Positions 60,436-64,000 of a stretch of DNA of 64,000 bases are shown here, piece by piece. Within the stretch, counting starts at the first letter, position 1. Each line of letters begins with the position of its first letter. The notes under the pieces were generated by a model. It saw only the letters and a program-made list of their open reading frames with translations, made no database searches and was not told the origin of the DNA. Both the position numbers and the translations under genes were made by a program. Source of the stretch: Alphaproteobacteria bacterium (GTDB lineage Bacteria > Pseudomonadota > Alphaproteobacteria > CACIAM-22H2); NCBI GenBank assembly GCA_041690495.1, contig JAWLHE010000004.1:341730-405729 (forward strand), given 5' to 3'.

Positions 60436-61563
60436 TTATGAAGAACCCAAGATGCGCTCAGCGGCCGCCAATCCCTCCCGAAGTTTGGCAATGGTTTCGA
60501 GCCGCTCGGCGGGTGCGCTACCAAGGCCCTGAATTATCTCCGCCTGCCGCTCACATGGGACTTGGCCATAGCTCATGAATGTGGTCATTACGTTGTCGTG
60601 GCCGACATTCTGACTCCAGGCCTTGAACTCCTCGGGAGTCCGGCACCGCTGCTGTCCGAGCCGGATCAGCGTTTTACGGAATCTGTGCGGCGGGAAGTAC
60701 GGCATGCCGCTGCTGGTGAACGCTTCGCGGAATATGCTTCGGATCGGCGACGCGTTGCTCCAGTGCTTGCGGTCGAGTCCATCTGAGGCGAACAAGCCGT
60801 TGCTATCGACGCAGAGCCGAGTAGCCGGAAAAAGAGGATCGTCAGGCCCCCATAGAAGCGAGGTCTGCAAGTAACCGACCCAATCGGCCACGATCTCTTG
60901 AACGTCCCCTCCGACCGGAAAGAAGTACGTCACAAATGTTTTGCTGAACTTGGTGCGGACCTCACGGGCGTCCTGCACTACCCGTCCCTTAGACAATTCC
61001 ACGTGTTTCAGCTTGAGAGATGCCAACGCGCCGTCGCGCACTCCGGTAAGTATCGTGAAGGCAATGAGAGCTCGATTCCGCCGCTCGATAGCCGTAGCCC
61101 GTGGCATGGAAGCAAGGACGTATTTGACCTGCTCGACCGTGGGAACGGGCTGTTCCCGGGTCGCCTTCGCCACTCGCATCTCCTTTTCGGAAAGATTGAA
61201 ATACTCCGCGTCTGCATAGCGAAGCCGGGAACGGAACCCCGGTTCTCCCGCGAGCCATTGGAAGAACTTCTTGAGCGCGGCGAGGGTCGAATATCGGCTG
61301 GCCTCGCTCAGTCGCCCTTTGGCGCGCCGGCTGTCCTGCTGTGCGAGCTGCTTCTTGAACGCGATCGCCTGTTGGATGTGGAACGACCGGAAGTCCCGAT
61401 ATTTCGTGTAAACCTCGAACTTATGCAGCGCGGATGCGACTCCATCCAGAGAGGAGTCGCTGTAACGCTTGGCCTCGCGCAGATATGAAAAGTACCGTCG
61501 CTTGACGCGTTCATTGTTTGGGTTGTTCGTCTGCATTGCCTTCACCCGCGTTCTCCAAGTCAC
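60436..61563 (-). CDS. tyrosine-type site-specific recombinase/integrase (375 aa)
   Basis: The catalytic region has ...ILTGVRDGALASL... (Arg), HRFRKTLIRLG (HxxR) and a C-terminal ...MSYGQV (Tyr). Confidence 0.75.
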   Translation of the reverse strand: MTWRTRVKAMQTNNPNNERVKRRYFSYLREAKRYSDSSLDGVASALHKFEVYTKYRDFRSFHIQQAIAFKKQLAQQDSRRAKGRLSEASRYSTLAALKKFFQWLAGEPGFRSRLRYADAEYFNLSEKEMRVAKATREQPVPTVEQVKYVLASMPRATAIERRNRALIAFTILTGVRDGALASLKLKHVELSKGRVVQDAREVRTKFSKTFVTYFFPVGGDVQEIVADWVGYLQTSLLWGPDDPLFPATRLCVDSNGLFASDGLDRKHWSNASPIRSIFREAFTSSGMPYFPPHRFRKTLIRLGQQRCRTPEEFKAWSQNVGHDNVMTTFMSYGQVPCERQAEIIQGLGSAPAERLETIAKLREGLAAAERILGSS

Positions 61564-62020
61564 AACTCACGCACTGTCCGTTACGACCTTCTATGTGCTG
61601 TTCGCCCTCCGGATACGTCACGTCCATATCGGACGCAATCGTCGCCAACCTGCAACGAGAGACCCGGCGATAGATCAGAGTCGAGCAGTCTGGACACAAG
61701 GCTCGAAGATTCCCGCCGGACGCCGTCAATGGCAGATACTCCGCCATGCCTTCAGCCGGCCGCCTGGGCGCGCGACACTTAACGCAATAGATTTCGCCCG
61801 GCGCACAGACTCGCCTTGCAGCAACACGTCGCTTTTGTAGGAAGGCCTGGAGATCGGCACCAAAAATCAACGTGGGCCGGCGGCGGTCGATGGCGGGCAG
61901 ACCGGACCTCAGCCAATTGCGAACCGTATTCTTATGAACGTCAAATAAGCGGCCGACCTCTTCGACCGTATAGTTTCGATGGATCTTGACCAGCCGAGGG
62001 TTGGGATTGCGGCGCCCCAT
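61511..62020 (-). CDS. HTH DNA-binding protein with C-terminal Cys-rich (zinc-ribbon-like) region
   Basis: An N-terminal HTH YTVEEVGRLFDVHKNTVRNWLRSGLPA is followed by Cys pairs CVKC...CPDC...CVSC. The 3' end overlaps the integrase start by about 26-53 bp. Confidence 0.5.
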   Translation of the reverse strand: MGRRNPNPRLVKIHRNYTVEEVGRLFDVHKNTVRNWLRSGLPAIDRRRPTLIFGADLQAFLQKRRVAARRVCAPGEIYCVKCRAPRRPAEGMAEYLPLTASGGNLRALCPDCSTLIYRRVSRCRLATIASDMDVTYPEGEQHIEGRNGQCVSCDLENAGEGNADEQPKQ

Positions 62021-62047
62021 CGCGGACCAGAATGCGATAGGCGTATA

Positions 62048-62245
62048 CTAAACGCGTCGCTTTTGGGTCTGACTGGCCTCACGTAGTGCGTTGAACCAGG
62101 CGTCGCCATCCACCGTCGCGATGATTGAACGCCTGCCAATCTTCGTGAGGTGCAGGCGCCCCTCAGCGATCTCTTGGTAAAGCCGCGTGCGGCTGATGCC
62201 GTAATGCTCGCAAGCTTCGACAATCGAAAATCCGGCCTTGTTCAT
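62048..62245 (-). CDS. AlpA/excisionase-like small HTH protein
   Basis: 65 aa. FSIVEACEHYGISRTRLYQEIAEGRLHLTKIGRRSII is an MerR/AlpA-like HTH typical of island excisionases. Confidence 0.55.
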   Translation of the reverse strand: MNKAGFSIVEACEHYGISRTRLYQEIAEGRLHLTKIGRRSIIATVDGDAWFNALREASQTQKRRV

Positions 62246-62330
62246 GTCCACCGTTCCTTTCTGCGGGATACAACCGCGTGTCGGTGAACACAATGTCGTC
62301 CAGAGAACGCCCGAAGAATATATGGTCAAA

Positions 62331-63146
62331 TCAGGATTTGCGAAAATCGCTCGCGTACATGCGGAGGATGCGCAAACGCAACGCATTGACGCTTGGGCCG
62401 TCGCCGTCCCTTCGTAGATTCAATAGCGCCAATCCCGCCACTACGAAGCGCAGCAGAGGGCCAGCCGCTCGCCCTTGTATCGAGACCGATGTTTGAACGC
62501 GGCGCCCAAGCACGTCTATCCAAATTCGCAACATGCCGGCCATAGCATCATTGAGGGGTTGACCGGTCCAAGGGTCGAGCCATCTTTCGAGGTCGTCCGC
62601 GCGTTTCCCCTTCCGCGCGCGAGTGTGGCTTTGGAGGTTGAGCGCCCACGCCCGAAGTTGGCGAATGGCGCTTATGTTGTCGCGCAACTGCGAATCGCTT
62701 TGGTAGTCCTTGAACACCTCACCGCCAATCGAGAATGTCCTCGGCGGATGGTGCTCGAAGCCATTGCGGCGTTCGCCATCTCGTTCTGCTTCCCATCGAA
62801 GCCCGTCACGTACTTGGCGGGGAACATCGATCAACTCACTGTGGCCACCGACTCCTATCGCACTAAGTAGCTTATCGGCAGCCGCCCCGATTGCGTGAAA
62901 CCGCTTTTCCAGTTTGCTCGGTGACAGGTCATTCAGATGTTGCAGATTGATTTGCGTCAGCTCATGGATGACTTCGAGTCGTTTAACGATTGCCACCGCA
63001 CGTAGGACCTCGGCCCTCTTACCGGTCTCGTGGTCGTCAATCTCAATGCTGCCCGGTGGAATTGGAGCCGCAGCACGAAGGACGCGGAGAACGTCCTCTC
63101 GGGCAAACTTTCCTGTGTAGACCGGTTCTTCCATTACGCCAGTCAC
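62331..63146 (-). CDS. hypothetical protein (271 aa), island cargo
   Basis: Long ORF with balanced composition. No recognisable motif. Confidence 0.45.
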   Translation of the reverse strand: MTGVMEEPVYTGKFAREDVLRVLRAAAPIPPGSIEIDDHETGKRAEVLRAVAIVKRLEVIHELTQINLQHLNDLSPSKLEKRFHAIGAAADKLLSAIGVGGHSELIDVPRQVRDGLRWEAERDGERRNGFEHHPPRTFSIGGEVFKDYQSDSQLRDNISAIRQLRAWALNLQSHTRARKGKRADDLERWLDPWTGQPLNDAMAGMLRIWIDVLGRRVQTSVSIQGRAAGPLLRFVVAGLALLNLRRDGDGPSVNALRLRILRMYASDFRKS

Positions 63147-63173
63147 GGCTCAGAAAGCGAGCAAGCGCGCTTT

Positions 63174-64000
63174 TTAGGCGCGAAGCCTGACGACACTCCC
63201 GCTCTTTCGCGGCGTGCCGCAGAACCTCGCCCACTCTGACATGAGGCGCCGTCGCTTCTCCAGGAGATCGCCGCGCCGATAGGCAGCCTCTACTTTGTCG
63301 GGAATAGAATGCGCTAGAGCCTGCTCCGCAACCTCGCGCGGATAGTTGGTCCGCTCAGCCGCCCAGTCGCGGAACGTAGACCGGAACCCGTGCACGGTCA
63401 GGTCGGACCGACCCATGCGATTCAACAGCGCAAGCAGCGCCATGTTGGAAAGCGGCTTACCGGACTTGCCGCCCGGGAATACCCAATCCGACAGTTGCTC
63501 CTTTTTCAGGGCTAACAAAATCCGAATGGCCCGGTCGGGAAGGGGAATACGGTGTTCGCGCCCCGCCTTAATACGGTCAGCAGGGATCGTCCACATGGCG
63601 TTCGGAAGATCGATCTCGCTCCAGCGCGCCCCGATGGTTTCGCTGGTTCGGGTGGCCGTCAAAATCAGAAACTCCAACGCTTGGGCAGCTACCCCGTCCT
63701 GGTCGCGAAGCTGACCTATGAACGGCCCGATGTCGTCATAGGGCAGCGCTGGTCGGTGAACCACCTTTTGCACCTTAGACCGGTTGGGCAGGAGGTTTTC
63801 CAGATGGCCCTTCCAGCGCGCCGGATTGTCTCCGGTGCGGTGCCCGCGCGCCGCCGCCCAGTCCAGTACCGACTCGATGCGCCCGCGCACGCGACTGGCC
63901 GTCTCGGTCTTGGTGGCCCAGATCGGCTCCAACGCCTTCGCGACTAGGCCCGTGTCAATTTCCTTGACCGAGAGCCGCCCGAATACCGGCGAGGCATAGG
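63174..64000 (-). CDS. int: P4-type tyrosine integrase, partial (N-terminus beyond window end)
   Basis: ...LILTATRTSETIGARWSEIDL...HGFRSTFRDWA...AYRRGD... gives the R...HxxR...Y catalytic set. The reading frame stays open past 64000. Confidence 0.85.
   Translation of the reverse strand, partial: YASPVFGRLSVKEIDTGLVAKALEPIWATKTETASRVRGRIESVLDWAAARGHRTGDNPARWKGHLENLLPNRSKVQKVVHRPALPYDDIGPFIGQLRDQDGVAAQALEFLILTATRTSETIGARWSEIDLPNAMWTIPADRIKAGREHRIPLPDRAIRILLALKKEQLSDWVFPGGKSGKPLSNMALLALLNRMGRSDLTVHGFRSTFRDWAAERTNYPREVAEQALAHSIPDKVEAAYRRGDLLEKRRRLMSEWARFCGTPRKSGSVVRLRA

Larger units (their letters stand above)
57016..64000. mobile_element. integrative genomic island inserted next to the tRNA-Ser 3' end (right boundary beyond window)
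   Basis: An AT-rich junction follows the tRNA immediately. The island holds two tyrosine recombinases, an AlpA-like excisionase candidate, an R-M-like module and hypothetical cargo. Local low-GC segments lie at 57016-57070 and 60130-60430. Confidence 0.65.

Overview
This window is high-GC (about 65%) alphaproteobacterial chromosome, Rhizobiales/Bradyrhizobium-like, in two parts. Positions 1 to about 56.9 kb are ordinary core/accessory chromosome. They hold a partial M17 aminopeptidase, a GST, and two complete TRAP transporters (dctPQM) plus a TAXI-type binding protein. They also hold a TctCBA tricarboxylate transporter and a six-gene translationally coupled catabolic operon (crotonase, family-III CoA-transferase, SnoaL-like, GNAT, SMP-30 lactonase, alpha/beta-hydrolase). 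Further genes are an orphan MotA/ExbB-like proton-channel operon with an ExbD/TolR-like partner and a third membrane protein, and a PAS(x4)-class III nucleotidyl cyclase. There are 3-hydroxyanthranilate dioxygenase and ACMSD genes (nbaCD), a ycjX-ycjF pair, cspA, cardiolipin synthase, and a FAH-ketopantoate-reductase fusion. An RND efflux pump with its TetR regulator and lepA complete this part. At 56926-57015 lies a tRNA-Ser(GGA), immediately followed by an AT-richer junction and at least 7 kb of integrative island that runs off the window. The island carries two tyrosine recombinases, an AlpA-like and an HTH-zinc-ribbon DNA-binding protein, and a hypothetical cargo gene. It also carries a compact convergent restriction-modification-like module: a single-HKD phospholipase-D-family nuclease with an extra C-terminal domain, a gamma-class N6-adenine methyltransferase, and a ribbon-helix-helix controller whose stop overlaps the methyltransferase start (ATGA) with an inverted repeat upstream. 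The most novel-looking candidates are the island R-M module and the orphan MotA/ExbB-ExbD-like three-gene operon. Many long ORFs in the six-frame track are GC-driven antisense artefacts and were rejected.
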